This document shows, piece by piece, positions 18,139 through 28,000 of a stretch of DNA of 64,000 nucleotides. The DNA lies in the NCBI GenBank assembly GCA_001786955.1, contig MFUM01000001.1, positions 410 through 64,409 on the forward strand, in the 5' to 3' direction. The notes beneath the pieces were generated by a model. The model was not told the origin of the DNA. It ran no database searches and saw only the letters and a list, made by a program, of their open reading frames with translations. This DNA is from Candidatus Nomurabacteria bacterium RIFCSPHIGHO2_12_FULL_42_19 (GTDB lineage: Bacteria > Patescibacteriota > Minisyncoccia > Phycocordibacterales > UBA9973). Made by a program: the position numbers and the translations under genes. Every line of letters starts with the position of its first letter. The stretch's first letter is position 1.

Positions 18139-19098
18139 TTATTTTACTTGGCATTTTATATTCAGTTCCGCCAAATCGGCTTGGGTCAGGGTTGAATTAT
18201 TGCCTTGATTGAACTTATACATTATCGCCTTGGCATCGTCCACGTGGTCCAGGTTCAAAGCGTGGCCAAGCTCGTGCGCAAGCACGCGCACGAGCTTGGC
18301 CCGGCTGCTGAATTCATAAATATCTATTTCCCTGTTTGACCCGTCGCTCGTATAAACTCCTTCTTCAAAAGATTCCCCGCGGGAAACGTTGACTGTGTTA
18401 TAGCTGTCCACGGACAAATTGAGCGAAGCGACCAGGCGGTTCAGCGCCACCACCAGCGCATTGATTTCATCCACCATATTGTTGATGCGCAATTGCGCCG
18501 CCTGTAATTTTTTTGACTCGGCTTCCAGCGCAAGGCGCTCGGCTTCAACTTTGTTGTATTCTTGCCGCGGAGCCCCGCCTTTTTTATTCCAAAAGCTCAC
18601 TTCTGCTTCATAAGCCTGCTGTTTGCGGTTGAAATCTGCCACCTGCATATCATAGGCATTTTTTTCCGCAGCATATTCTGCTTTTAAGGCTGTAAATTTC
18701 GCCTTGAGCATATCATATGAGGTTCTGTCGTTTTTCACGATAATACCCAGGCTTGCTAATTTGCTTGTCGCCTGTTGTCTGAAATCATAAATAAGATTGA
18801 TTTTTAAAACATCAAAAGAGGAATCGGCCGGCGTATAAATAAAAAGATTTTTGCCGAAAGGTTTTTCCCAAACGGCTTCTGCTTCGGCAAGCGCGTCTAA
18901 GAAATATTTTTGCGAAATACCAAATTTCGGGTCAAAACTGCCGAGAGCATACGGCATCGGCTCCAGGCAGGGAGTTTTTGCAAAAAATGCGCCAAGATTA
19001 TCTCGGAGCAGCAAAAACTGTTTACCAAGTGGCGCCCGATATTGATAAAGAGTTCCGAGGATAATGAGCAGAAAAAATAAATTTAAGATTTTTCGCAT
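18139..19098 (-). CDS. Matrixin-like (metzincin) zinc metalloprotease with coiled-coil insert
   Basis: HELGHALNLDH plus Met-turn AIMY; the N-terminal extension in the ORF track is a REP element. Confidence 0.85.
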   Translation of the reverse strand: MRKILNLFFLLIILGTLYQYRAPLGKQFLLLRDNLGAFFAKTPCLEPMPYALGSFDPKFGISQKYFLDALAEAEAVWEKPFGKNLFIYTPADSSFDVLKINLIYDFRQQATSKLASLGIIVKNDRTSYDMLKAKFTALKAEYAAEKNAYDMQVADFNRKQQAYEAEVSFWNKKGGAPRQEYNKVEAERLALEAESKKLQAAQLRINNMVDEINALVVALNRLVASLNLSVDSYNTVNVSRGESFEEGVYTSDGSNREIDIYEFSSRAKLVRVLAHELGHALNLDHVDDAKAIMYKFNQGNNSTLTQADLAELNIKCQVK

Positions 19099-19120
19099 AC
19101 CTATGTCAATATTATACAAC

Positions 19121-19178
19121 ACCTCACCCCCAGCCCCTCTCCTTGACAAGGAGAGGGTGGCCGAAGGTCGGGTGAGGT
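19121..19178. repeat. CCCTCTCC/GGAGAGGG-type REP element
   Basis: acctcaccc...ccctctccttgacaaggagaggg...gggtgaggt nested inverted repeats. Confidence 0.85.
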
Positions 19179-19181
19179 AAA

Positions 19182-20177
19182 TCATTTTTCGCTCAAAGTA
19201 TACCTGTCCAAAATGGCCTCAAAAATAAGTGGGGCGACAATGGTGGCGTCGGATTCAATCACGAACATCGGGGTGTCTTTGGTCAGCTTGTCCCAGGTTA
19301 TTTTTTCATTCGGGGTAGCGCCGGAATACGAGCCGTAAGAAGTGGTGCTGTCGGAAATCTGGCAGAAATATCCCCAAGGGCGCACGGGCTTTTTGAGGTC
19401 GTATTTGATGGAAGGCACGACGCAAATTGGAAAGTCCCCGGCAATGCCTCCGCCGATTTGGAAAAAACCGAGGCCGGAGCCATCCTGCGAAAGCTCCACA
19501 TATTTGTCATAAAGATACATCATATATTCCACGCCGGTCTTCATCACACCCGGCTTGACTTCCCCCGCCTTACAATATCCGGCAAAAATATTTCCCAAAG
19601 TGGAATCTTCCCAGCCCGGCACCACCATCGGCAAATTTTTCCTGGCCGCTTCCAAAAGCCAGCAATGCTCCGGATTTCCCTCATACTTGCCTTTCAGCTC
19701 ATCGGATAAAAGTATCTGGTAAAAATATTCATGCGGAAAAAAACGCTGACCGTTTTTTTCCGCTTCTTTCCATCTTTTCAGGATAATCGGCTCAATGACG
19801 CGGAAGGCTTCTTCTTCGGGAATGGAAGTATCGGTCACCCGGCGCTCTCCCCTGTTTAAAATTGCCTCATCGTCTTCTTTGGTAAAATACCGGTAATCCG
19901 GATAATCTTTATAGCTGTCGTGCGCCACCAGCCGAAAAATGGATTCTTCCAGGTTCGCGCCGGTGCAGGATATTGCATGAATCTTCCCTTCCTTTATCAT
20001 CGGCGCTAGCGTCACTCCAAGTTGGGCTGAAGACATGGCCCCACCCATGGCGAGAAGCATTTTCCCCCCGCCGTCCAGGTGTTTTTTGAAGGCGAGTGTC
20101 GCATCTTTCATCTGACGCGCGTTAAAATTATGAAATAGTTTTTGAAACAAACCCAAAATTGAAATTTCTTTTGACAT
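19182..20177 (-). CDS. Deoxyhypusine synthase-like protein
   Basis: AMGGAMS, ISCTGANLEE, IGGGIAGDF, YGSYSGATPNEKITW.K. Confidence 0.92.
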   Translation of the reverse strand: MSKEISILGLFQKLFHNFNARQMKDATLAFKKHLDGGGKMLLAMGGAMSSAQLGVTLAPMIKEGKIHAISCTGANLEESIFRLVAHDSYKDYPDYRYFTKEDDEAILNRGERRVTDTSIPEEEAFRVIEPIILKRWKEAEKNGQRFFPHEYFYQILLSDELKGKYEGNPEHCWLLEAARKNLPMVVPGWEDSTLGNIFAGYCKAGEVKPGVMKTGVEYMMYLYDKYVELSQDGSGLGFFQIGGGIAGDFPICVVPSIKYDLKKPVRPWGYFCQISDSTTSYGSYSGATPNEKITWDKLTKDTPMFVIESDATIVAPLIFEAILDRYTLSEK

Positions 20178-20253
20178 ATATGTATTGTAGCAACAAATGA
20201 GGAGCAAAAACAAGTTATTTGCCTTTTTAGGGCAAATATGCGATAATCGGGCT

Positions 20254-20484
20254 ATGATTTTAGTAGCGAAGATTCTGCCCTACGCGCAGATCATCCTTTC
20301 GGTAGTGCTGGTGGCGGCAATCCTGCTTCAGCAGTCCGCGGCGGGCCTGGGAGGCGCTTTGGGCGGAGATGACAGCGGGTCATTTCATCACACCCGCCGG
20401 GGCTTTGAGAAGTTTCTTTTTTATTTGACGCTTATCTGCGGAATTCTTTTTGCTTTATTTGCATTTCTCGGTATAATTATATAA
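20254..20484 (+). CDS. secG: Preprotein translocase subunit SecG
   Basis: ILLQQ..AGLGGALGG...HTRRGFEK with two TM helices. Confidence 0.92.
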   Translation: MILVAKILPYAQIILSVVLVAAILLQQSAAGLGGALGGDDSGSFHHTRRGFEKFLFYLTLICGILFALFAFLGIII

Positions 20485-20501
20485 GCCGCTTAATTTCTTT
20501 T

Positions 20502-22268
20502 ATGGGAAAATTTTATAGTTGGATACGCCAGTTAAAAATTGCTGGTAAATTGCCTACAAAAGACCAAATAAATTCTGTTATCCATACTTTCTCAAAAAAA
20601 GAGAGAATTGTTTTTGTCGCGCTGGTAGCGATACTGCTCATAAGCACGATATCAATACTTGAAAGCATTAATAAATCCCTGATGGTCAGCATGCCTTTCC
20701 GCGGGGGATTTATCTCCGAGGGCGTTATTGGAACCCCGCGCTTCATAAATCCGGTACTGGCAAATTCTTCCGCTGACCAGGACCTGGTCTCGCTCATCTA
20801 TTCCGGCCTGATGAGAAAAAAAGGAGACGGGACTTTGATTCCGGACTTGGCAGAAAAATACGAGATGTCTAAAGACGGTTTGACTTATACTTTCACCCTC
20901 AAAAGCAAGATATCTTTTCATAACGGAAAGCCTGTTACCGCGGATGATGTGATCTTTACCGTAAACAAAGCCCAGGATTCAATCATTAAAAGCCCGCGTA
21001 AGATAGACTGGGACGGTGTAAATGCCGTAAAAATAAATGACACGACAATCCAATTTACCCTGAAACAGCCTTACCCGTCATTTTTGGAAAACGCGACACT
21101 CGGCATCATACCCATGTCCTTATGGGACAATTCGCCGATAGAATTGAATAATGCGAACACGAACCCGGTCGGTTCCGGACCTTATATGATAAAAAGCATT
21201 ACCAAAGAATCGTCCGGGGCCATAAATTCTTACGAATTGGCGTCATTTAAAAAATTCATATTGGGCGAGCCGTATATTAAAACCATGAACTTGTATTTTT
21301 ATTCGAATGAAGACAATCTAGTTCGGGCGCTTGAAAACGGAGAAGTAGAGCAGATAAGCTCTATTACTCCCTTGAATGCGGATATTTTAAAAGAAAGAAA
21401 TTACCAGATAGAGTCTTCGGTGCTTCCGCGGATATTCGGGCTTTTCTTCAACCAAAATCAAAACCGCCTTTTTACCGATAAGGCCGTCATCAAGGCTATT
21501 GACCAAGTCATAGATAAGGATAAAATAGTCCGTGAAGTGCTTTTTGGCTATGGCATCGCTATTGACGATCCCATACCGCCCAACATGATTGCATACCAGA
21601 AATTAAAAGATAAAAATAATGTCTCGCGGGACGAGATATTGAAGAATGCGCAAAATAGCCTGATAAAAGCCGGCTGGGTCAAAGGGACGGATGGATTCCT
21701 GCAAAAAACTACAACCGGCAAAAATAAAAAGAAAACAACTACCACGCTGGAGTTCTCTATCTCAACCGGCAACGCTCCGGAGCTCGCAAAAACCGCCGAA
21801 TTAATCAGGCAGAACCTGCTGGCTATCGGCATGAAAGTCGACATAAAAACTTTTGAAGTCGGTAATTTGAATCAAAGCGTAATCCGTCCGCGCAAATATG
21901 ACGCCCTGCTTTTCGGACAGATTATAAATCATGAGGCCGACCTGTTCGCTTTCTGGCATTCTTCACAGAGAAAAGACCCGGGGCTCAATGTTGCCATGTA
22001 TACCAATGCGAAGGTGGACAAAATTCTGGAAGATGCATTTATTACTATTGACGAACAATCCAGAATCAAAAAATACGCCCAATTTGAAAGTGAAATTAAA
22101 AAAGACATGCCGGTCATTTTCCTGTATAGCCCTAATTTCATATATGCAGTCTCAGGCAGCCTAAAAGGGCTTTCTATTAACCGCATCATCTCTCCGGCAG
22201 ATCGTTTTTCAAATGTTTATTCGTGGTATACCGAAACAGAAAATGTTTGGAAAATATTTTCCAAATAG
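20502..22268 (+). CDS. Peptide ABC transporter substrate-binding protein (family 5)
   Basis: LIYSGL..PDLAE, FHNGKPVTADDVIFT, PVGSGPY. Confidence 0.9.
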   Translation: MGKFYSWIRQLKIAGKLPTKDQINSVIHTFSKKERIVFVALVAILLISTISILESINKSLMVSMPFRGGFISEGVIGTPRFINPVLANSSADQDLVSLIYSGLMRKKGDGTLIPDLAEKYEMSKDGLTYTFTLKSKISFHNGKPVTADDVIFTVNKAQDSIIKSPRKIDWDGVNAVKINDTTIQFTLKQPYPSFLENATLGIIPMSLWDNSPIELNNANTNPVGSGPYMIKSITKESSGAINSYELASFKKFILGEPYIKTMNLYFYSNEDNLVRALENGEVEQISSITPLNADILKERNYQIESSVLPRIFGLFFNQNQNRLFTDKAVIKAIDQVIDKDKIVREVLFGYGIAIDDPIPPNMIAYQKLKDKNNVSRDEILKNAQNSLIKAGWVKGTDGFLQKTTTGKNKKKTTTTLEFSISTGNAPELAKTAELIRQNLLAIGMKVDIKTFEVGNLNQSVIRPRKYDALLFGQIINHEADLFAFWHSSQRKDPGLNVAMYTNAKVDKILEDAFITIDEQSRIKKYAQFESEIKKDMPVIFLYSPNFIYAVSGSLKGLSINRIISPADRFSNVYSWYTETENVWKIFSK

Positions 22269-22306
22269 TTTGTTTCGACGCGGAAAATTAACAAAAAAAA
22301 TAAAAA

Positions 22307-24280
22307 ATGATGAAAAAAACAAGATTATCCTTCAGCGCAATCAGCGTTGATAATAAAAAAATACCCGCCCGCCCGGATGACTCCGGTCATTCGAGCGGGG
22401 AACGTAAGGCTCCCTTCAGCCGTAGGCCTTTGGGCGAGACTGAAAGAAAAAGGACGGCTAAAAGCTCCACTTATCAGTACACCAAGAAAAGATACGGGCA
22501 GAATCGGGGATCCCGCCCTTTCGGTTCCAAAAGCCAATATAGAAATTCAAATATTGGAAAGATTCCCCCGCCGGAAAAAGGGATAATCCGCATTATTCCT
22601 TTAGGCGGAGTGGAAGAAGTCGGTAAAAACATGACAGCTATAGAAATCGGCGATGATATTATTGTTATTGATGCCGGCATGCACTTTTCCACTGAAGCGA
22701 CGCCCGGAGTCGATTATGTCATACCTAATACGACCTATCTGGAAGAACGAAAAGACAAGGTCCGCGCGCTTATTATAACCCACGCGCACCTGGACCATAT
22801 CGGAGGTGTGCCTCTGGTTCTGTCGCGTATCGGCAATCCTCCGGTTTATTCCAGGAATCTTTCTATCTTGATGATGAGAAAGCGCCAGGCGGAATTTCCG
22901 CATCTGCCCCCGATGAAAGAAAATATCGTGGAAAAAGATTCGGTTATAAACTGCGGAAAAATAAAAGTCAGATTCTTCGGCGTCACCCACACTATCCCGG
23001 ACTCGATGGGAATAATCATGGAAACCGAACATGGGTGGATTGTGACTCCCGGGGATTACAAGCTTGACCAAGTGGACGGGATTGTTTCCAAGGAAGAAGA
23101 AAAAGAATATTCGATTTTTGACAAGGCCAAAGTTCTTCTTTTGATGACTGATTCGACCAACATTGAAAACGAAGGGTTTTCTTTACCGGAAATAAAAGTG
23201 TATCAAGGGTTGGAAAATTTGATAAGAAAAGTAAGTGGCCGGATGATTATTGCCGCTTTCGCTTCGCACATTACCCGACTGGCCTTTATAGTCAAGTTTG
23301 CGGAATCCTTAGGTAAAAAAATAGCAATCGATGGACGTTCAATGAAAACAAATATTGACGTGGCAATAGAAGCTGGGCTCTTTCAGCCTAAAAAAGGCAC
23401 AATCATACCGATAGAGGAAGCAAATAATTACCCACCGAATAAAATGGTCGTTTTGATGACCGGCGCTCAAGGCGAAGAATTTGCCGCGCTTAATCGTGCG
23501 GCCAATAAATCCAATACAAAATTTTCATTGCATAAAGGAGACACGATAATACTCTCGGCATCGATTGTTCCCGGCAATGAGCTTCAAGTCCAGAAAATGA
23601 AAGACGGCTTGACGAGACAAGGAGTTAAAATCATCAGCTATCGAACAGCCGGAGAAGATTTCGTTCACGCAACAGGCCACGGCAATCAGGAAGATATAAA
23701 GTGGCTTCACAGGAAAACTCATCCAAAATTCTTTGTCCCGATTCACGGCTGGCATTCAATGCTCGTGCGGCACAAAGAACTTGCAATGGAACTCGGCATG
23801 GCGGAAGAAAATATCGTTGTTCCCGACAACGGCTCGATTATTGAAATATCCCCGGATGGCCAAAAAATGACAGCGCGAAAAGAAAAAGCGCCCAGCGGCG
23901 CCATGATGGTAGACGGCACTTCTATCAGTGATACGCAAGATGTCGTCATCCGCGACCGGGTAATGCTTGCGCAGGACGGAATGTTCGTGATTATTGCTCT
24001 TCTGGATCAAAAAACAGGAAAATTAAAAAAGTCGCCGGATTTGATTTCCCGCGGCTTTGTCTATCTGAAAGAAAACCAGGAACTTCTGCGCCAGGTTCGG
24101 ATTATCATCAAGAAATCGGTAGAAGATACGGCAGCCAAAATACCTATTTCGCCGGGCCAAGGCGGGAATATGGTGGATTTTGACATAATCAAGTCAAATT
24201 TGGGAGAAAGCATCTCAAAATTCTTATACCAAAAAACCGCTAAAAGGCCTTTGGTAATACCGGTAATATTGAGCGTATGA
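22307..24280 (+). CDS. rnj: Ribonuclease J
   Basis: PLGGVEEVGKN, THAHLDHIG, HTIPD, TDSTN, TGAQGE, HATGH. Confidence 0.95.
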   Translation: MMKKTRLSFSAISVDNKKIPARPDDSGHSSGERKAPFSRRPLGETERKRTAKSSTYQYTKKRYGQNRGSRPFGSKSQYRNSNIGKIPPPEKGIIRIIPLGGVEEVGKNMTAIEIGDDIIVIDAGMHFSTEATPGVDYVIPNTTYLEERKDKVRALIITHAHLDHIGGVPLVLSRIGNPPVYSRNLSILMMRKRQAEFPHLPPMKENIVEKDSVINCGKIKVRFFGVTHTIPDSMGIIMETEHGWIVTPGDYKLDQVDGIVSKEEEKEYSIFDKAKVLLLMTDSTNIENEGFSLPEIKVYQGLENLIRKVSGRMIIAAFASHITRLAFIVKFAESLGKKIAIDGRSMKTNIDVAIEAGLFQPKKGTIIPIEEANNYPPNKMVVLMTGAQGEEFAALNRAANKSNTKFSLHKGDTIILSASIVPGNELQVQKMKDGLTRQGVKIISYRTAGEDFVHATGHGNQEDIKWLHRKTHPKFFVPIHGWHSMLVRHKELAMELGMAEENIVVPDNGSIIEISPDGQKMTARKEKAPSGAMMVDGTSISDTQDVVIRDRVMLAQDGMFVIIALLDQKTGKLKKSPDLISRGFVYLKENQELLRQVRIIIKKSVEDTAAKIPISPGQGGNMVDFDIIKSNLGESISKFLYQKTAKRPLVIPVILSV

Positions 24281-25434
24281 AACACAACAGAAAAATAATA
24301 TACTCGGCGGGATTTCTGTTTTCTTTATCCGTCGCCCTGATGGCTTACATTAATTCCAGTTTCTTATCTGCTTTTGTCGGCGAAAAATTGGTGGGAGTAA
24401 TTTACGCTTCGGGGTCCGTCGTTTTAATTTTGGCATTTTTGCTGATTCCGCGAATCTTCGGCAAACTGGGCGGGTATAAATTCCTGCTTTTGATAATCGG
24501 ACTTGATATTTTATCCATTTTGGCTTTTGTTTTGGCAAAAAACGCCTGGAGCGTAATCATCGCTTTCATTTTCGGTTTCGCTTTCAATACCATAATAATC
24601 TTTTCTTTGGATGAATTTCTGGAAATCCTTTCCAAAAATTCCACAACCGGCGGAATCAGGGGCGCATATCTCACTATCACCAGTTTGGCCTGGATTTTAT
24701 CCCAGCTGATTTTGACATTCGGCAAAATCAAAGAAGGGTTTCCTTTCCGGGGTGTTTATCTTCTCGCCTTTTTTGTCATGACTTTGTTTTTTTTCCTGTC
24801 TCTTTTTACCCTAAAAAATATTTCGGACCCGCGGTATGACAAAATCAAAACAATAAAATTTGTTGGGAGATTTTTTAAAAATAAAAATTTATTCCGGATT
24901 TACGGTATAAATTTTTTACTGCAGTTTTTTTACAGCTGGATGGTCATCTACACGCCAATCTATTTATTTGCTTACCTGGATTTTGACTGGAAGCAGATAG
25001 GAATGATTTTTTCCGTGATGCTTCTGCCTTTTATTATTTTCCCGTTTCCTCTCGGCAAATATTCGGACAAGATAGGCGAAAGAAAACTGTTGATGCTTGG
25101 ATTTTTCATGACTGCATTTTTTACTTTTATTCTCTTTTTCATCCAAAAGCATGAAGTTTGGATATGGGCCCTAGTGCTTTTTGCAACTAGAGCCGGCGCC
25201 TCCACTATTGAAACAATGAGTGATGCCTATTTCTTCAAGCACATCAAACCCGAAAACGAAGAATTCGTGGGAGTATACCGGAGCGTTCCATCGATGGCTT
25301 ATATTATCGGTCCTCTTTCGGCTTCGTTGGTTTTTCTCCTGGTTCCTTCTTTTAATTTTATTTTTCTTATTCTGGGAGCCCTGATGCTTTGTGGGATTTA
25401 CCTGTCTTCCACTATCAAGAAAAGCGATATTTAA
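24277..25434 (+). CDS. MFS transporter
   Basis: About 12 hydrophobic segments; GKYSDKIGERK motif A. Confidence 0.88.
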   Translation: MKHNRKIIYSAGFLFSLSVALMAYINSSFLSAFVGEKLVGVIYASGSVVLILAFLLIPRIFGKLGGYKFLLLIIGLDILSILAFVLAKNAWSVIIAFIFGFAFNTIIIFSLDEFLEILSKNSTTGGIRGAYLTITSLAWILSQLILTFGKIKEGFPFRGVYLLAFFVMTLFFFLSLFTLKNISDPRYDKIKTIKFVGRFFKNKNLFRIYGINFLLQFFYSWMVIYTPIYLFAYLDFDWKQIGMIFSVMLLPFIIFPFPLGKYSDKIGERKLLMLGFFMTAFFTFILFFIQKHEVWIWALVLFATRAGASTIETMSDAYFFKHIKPENEEFVGVYRSVPSMAYIIGPLSASLVFLLVPSFNFIFLILGALMLCGIYLSSTIKKSDI

Positions 25435-26747
25435 TTATCAGGAGCGGCGGTTAAGGTCACTAAAATATTTTTTTCATCGCCACGATGGAGAATTTTCAGA
25501 TTAATTACCTGTCCGATTTTTTTCCCGCGGATAATCGAAGCCAGACTTGTCTTTTCGTCCAGCTTTATGCCGTCAACTTCCAAAATAATGTCATTTTCCA
25601 CAATGCCGGCCTTGTCGGACGGAGAGCCGGGAATAACTGCCAGCTCATTCGCCGCCGCTCCGGCTTTTACCAATACTCCGTAATCCACCGTCAAATTATT
25701 TTTTTCTTTCATTTGCGCATTGACAGCCACATAGCGGATACCCAGATATGGGCGGACAATCTTGCCGGTAGATTTTACCGATTCAATCGCCCCTTTGATG
25801 CTATTGATAGGCAGGGCAAAACCGATATTTTGAGAACTCTGCACAACGGCGACATTGACCCCAATTACTTTTCCGGAAAGATCCAGCAGCGGCCCTCCGG
25901 AATTTCCCGGATTAATCGCCGCATCGGTCTGAATCACGTGGTCCAGGATCTCAGCCCTGCCGGAATTATCACCCGCGGTTATTGACCGCGCCAGGCCGGA
26001 AATTACTCCCACGGAAACGGTATTTCTGAATTCCCCCAAAGCATTCCCGATAGCAATGACGCTCTGCCCGATTTCCAGAGAATCCGAATTGCCGAGCGCA
26101 AGGTATGGAAAGCCTCCGCCAGCCGGCGGATCTATTTTAATAAGGGCAATATCTAAAATCGGATCGCGGGCAACGACTTTTGCCGAATGTTTTTTGCCGT
26201 CGTTGGTAAAAACGGTGTATTCCGCGTCTCTTTGGTCAACAACATGCTTATTGGTGACAATCAAGCCATCGCCGGATATGAAAAAACCCGACCCTCCGCC
26301 AATTTCCTTTTTTTCCGTGCCGTTCTGGCGATATTGCGGAATGTTAAAAAAGAAACCGGGAAATAAGTCGCCGAACGGGTTCTGCTGCTGATTCGGGTCA
26401 ATATAGGCTTCATATTTGGGAACTTGCTGGGAAATAATTATAGAGACAACAGCCGGATTGGTTTTTTTCACCGCATCAATAACAAAAGAATCCTGAGAAA
26501 AAATAGACTGCTTTTCAATAATTTTTTCCGCGACAATTTTTGTGTCATTTTTATTGCCGATGTCCTGCATTTCCCGCAAATATTCTTTGGCAAAATATCC
26601 GAAGACATTTGCCCGATAACGCCATGTCAAGCCGGCTCCGGTCAAGACGATAATCAGGACGGAAAGCAGGCTGGTAAAAAAAACAGGGGCAAAATCTTTA
26701 CTCGTAAAAACTTTTTTAATGAATTTTATGATATTTGTTTCTTGCAT
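25431..26747 (-). CDS. HtrA/DegP-like serine protease with PDZ domain
   Basis: GGGSGF, TNKHVV, DIAL, QTDAAINPGNSGGPL; C-terminal PDZ. Confidence 0.95.
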   Translation of the reverse strand: MQETNIIKFIKKVFTSKDFAPVFFTSLLSVLIIVLTGAGLTWRYRANVFGYFAKEYLREMQDIGNKNDTKIVAEKIIEKQSIFSQDSFVIDAVKKTNPAVVSIIISQQVPKYEAYIDPNQQQNPFGDLFPGFFFNIPQYRQNGTEKKEIGGGSGFFISGDGLIVTNKHVVDQRDAEYTVFTNDGKKHSAKVVARDPILDIALIKIDPPAGGGFPYLALGNSDSLEIGQSVIAIGNALGEFRNTVSVGVISGLARSITAGDNSGRAEILDHVIQTDAAINPGNSGGPLLDLSGKVIGVNVAVVQSSQNIGFALPINSIKGAIESVKSTGKIVRPYLGIRYVAVNAQMKEKNNLTVDYGVLVKAGAAANELAVIPGSPSDKAGIVENDIILEVDGIKLDEKTSLASIIRGKKIGQVINLKILHRGDEKNILVTLTAAPDN

Positions 26748-26792
26748 ATTATTTTAAAATTAATTAAAAAATTGATAATAATTTCATTATAT

Positions 26793-27248
26793 TCATCTCC
26801 CTGTTTTTAGCAAGTGGTTTTTGTAAATTTCCTCTTTAAAAGGCTTTAAGCGTCTGATTTTAACCAGAATACCTTCGTTTTTTAAGTCCTTTTTAAGATT
26901 TTTTATATATGCTTTTTGATCATAACCAAGGGCAATAATATCCGGACGTATTTTTACAATATGCGGAATATGATTTTTTATACCCGACAAAACCACTTTA
27001 TCAGCCAATTTGCATTTCTTTACCAAAACCATTCTTTGCTTTTCATTCTTATTCGGATATTTCCCTTTTATCTTAAAAACATTTTTGTCCCGTGCGATTG
27101 AAACAACCAGGAAACACCGTCCCGCCAAATTTCTTGCCTGCTTTAAAAAATCAAGATGCCCTTGATGCAGGCCGTCAAAAGTCCCAAAAACCATTATTTT
27201 TGTTCGTCTCCGGAGGATTATTTTTTTATCCACACCTTTCTTTGACAT
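26793..27248 (-). CDS. Cytidylyltransferase-family protein (archaeal-type FAD synthase RibL-like)
   Basis: FGTFDGLHQGH (HxGH), IARD, PDIIALGYDQ. Confidence 0.8.
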   Translation of the reverse strand: MSKKGVDKKIILRRRTKIMVFGTFDGLHQGHLDFLKQARNLAGRCFLVVSIARDKNVFKIKGKYPNKNEKQRMVLVKKCKLADKVVLSGIKNHIPHIVKIRPDIIALGYDQKAYIKNLKKDLKNEGILVKIRRLKPFKEEIYKNHLLKTGR

Positions 27249-27300
27249 AATATATGAAACAAGTATATACTAAAATTGTTCATTTAAAAATCAAAAGAAG

Positions 27301-27517
27301 TGATTGGGGAAACTGGTTAGATTCCAGTACAGTGCCGCTACGGTAAGTCCAGCCCCACTTTTACAGAATAATTTTTTATTTAAACTTATATTAGGTTTAG
27401 ATAAATCTTGAAAATAAAAAATTGTCTGAAAGACAATTTTTTCAGGAAGTTGTTTTGTAAAAGTGGAGCTGGAACAAGTCCGAATACCAATCATTTTATT
27501 ATTCCCGAGCAGGATAA
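27301..27517 (+). promoter_or_regulatory. Cobalamin riboswitch
   Basis: tgattgg/ccaatca closing stem; GGGAA-actggttagattccagt-ACAGTGCCGCTACGGTAA core; B12-box-like AAGTCCGAATACC; long AT-rich inserted stem; upstream of DUF4430 genes. Confidence 0.8.
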
Positions 27518-27545
27518 TCTCTCACATGCGCGCATGTGAAGGACC

Positions 27546-27574
27546 AAAAATTCTGCCTCGACAGGATTTTTTTT
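27546..27574 (+). terminator. Intrinsic terminator, probable riboswitch expression platform
   Basis: aaaaattctg-cctcga-caggattttttttt. Confidence 0.55.
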
Positions 27575-27586
27575 GTGCCAAATTTC

Positions 27587-28000
27587 ATGAAAAATAAAAA
27601 AATAATAATTGTGATATTGATATTGAGCTTTTTTGCGTTAATTAGTGTAAAAGTCTTTCAAAAACAAAAACCAGTATCCCCTCCTTTCTCCTCCCCCTAT
27701 GTAGGGGGAGATCGGGTAGGGGTAAAAACAAATGAAGTTAGTTTTAAAGACAATATTACGGGCGAAATTACAGTTTATGATTTCATGAGCAAGCTCCGGA
27801 GTGAAAGAAAAATAGATTTCACGGAAAAAAATTATATAGGGATGGGAAAATTTATTGAAACAATCAACGGGATAAGAGGCAACGGAGAGAAAAATTGGAT
27901 TTATTACGTAAATGGGGAAAAAGCAAAAATAGGGGTTTCAAATTATAAGATAAATATGGGAGACATTGTCTCTTGGAAATATGAAAAATCAAATTTTTAA
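27587..28000 (+). CDS. Membrane-anchored DUF4430 (transcobalamin C-terminal-like) protein
   Basis: TVYDFM...MGKFIETING...NWIYYVNGEKAKIGVSNYKI..GDIVSW. Confidence 0.85.
   Translation: MKNKKIIIVILILSFFALISVKVFQKQKPVSPPFSSPYVGGDRVGVKTNEVSFKDNITGEITVYDFMSKLRSERKIDFTEKNYIGMGKFIETINGIRGNGEKNWIYYVNGEKAKIGVSNYKINMGDIVSWKYEKSNF

Noticed and set aside
19099-19185. N-terminal extension of the metalloprotease (LTRPSATLSLSRRGAGGEV)
   Set aside because: Translation of an intergenic REP; a TATAAT and ATG at 19098 give a normal signal-anchor start.
27291-27494. 67-aa minus-strand ORF
   Set aside because: Antisense to the cobalamin riboswitch.
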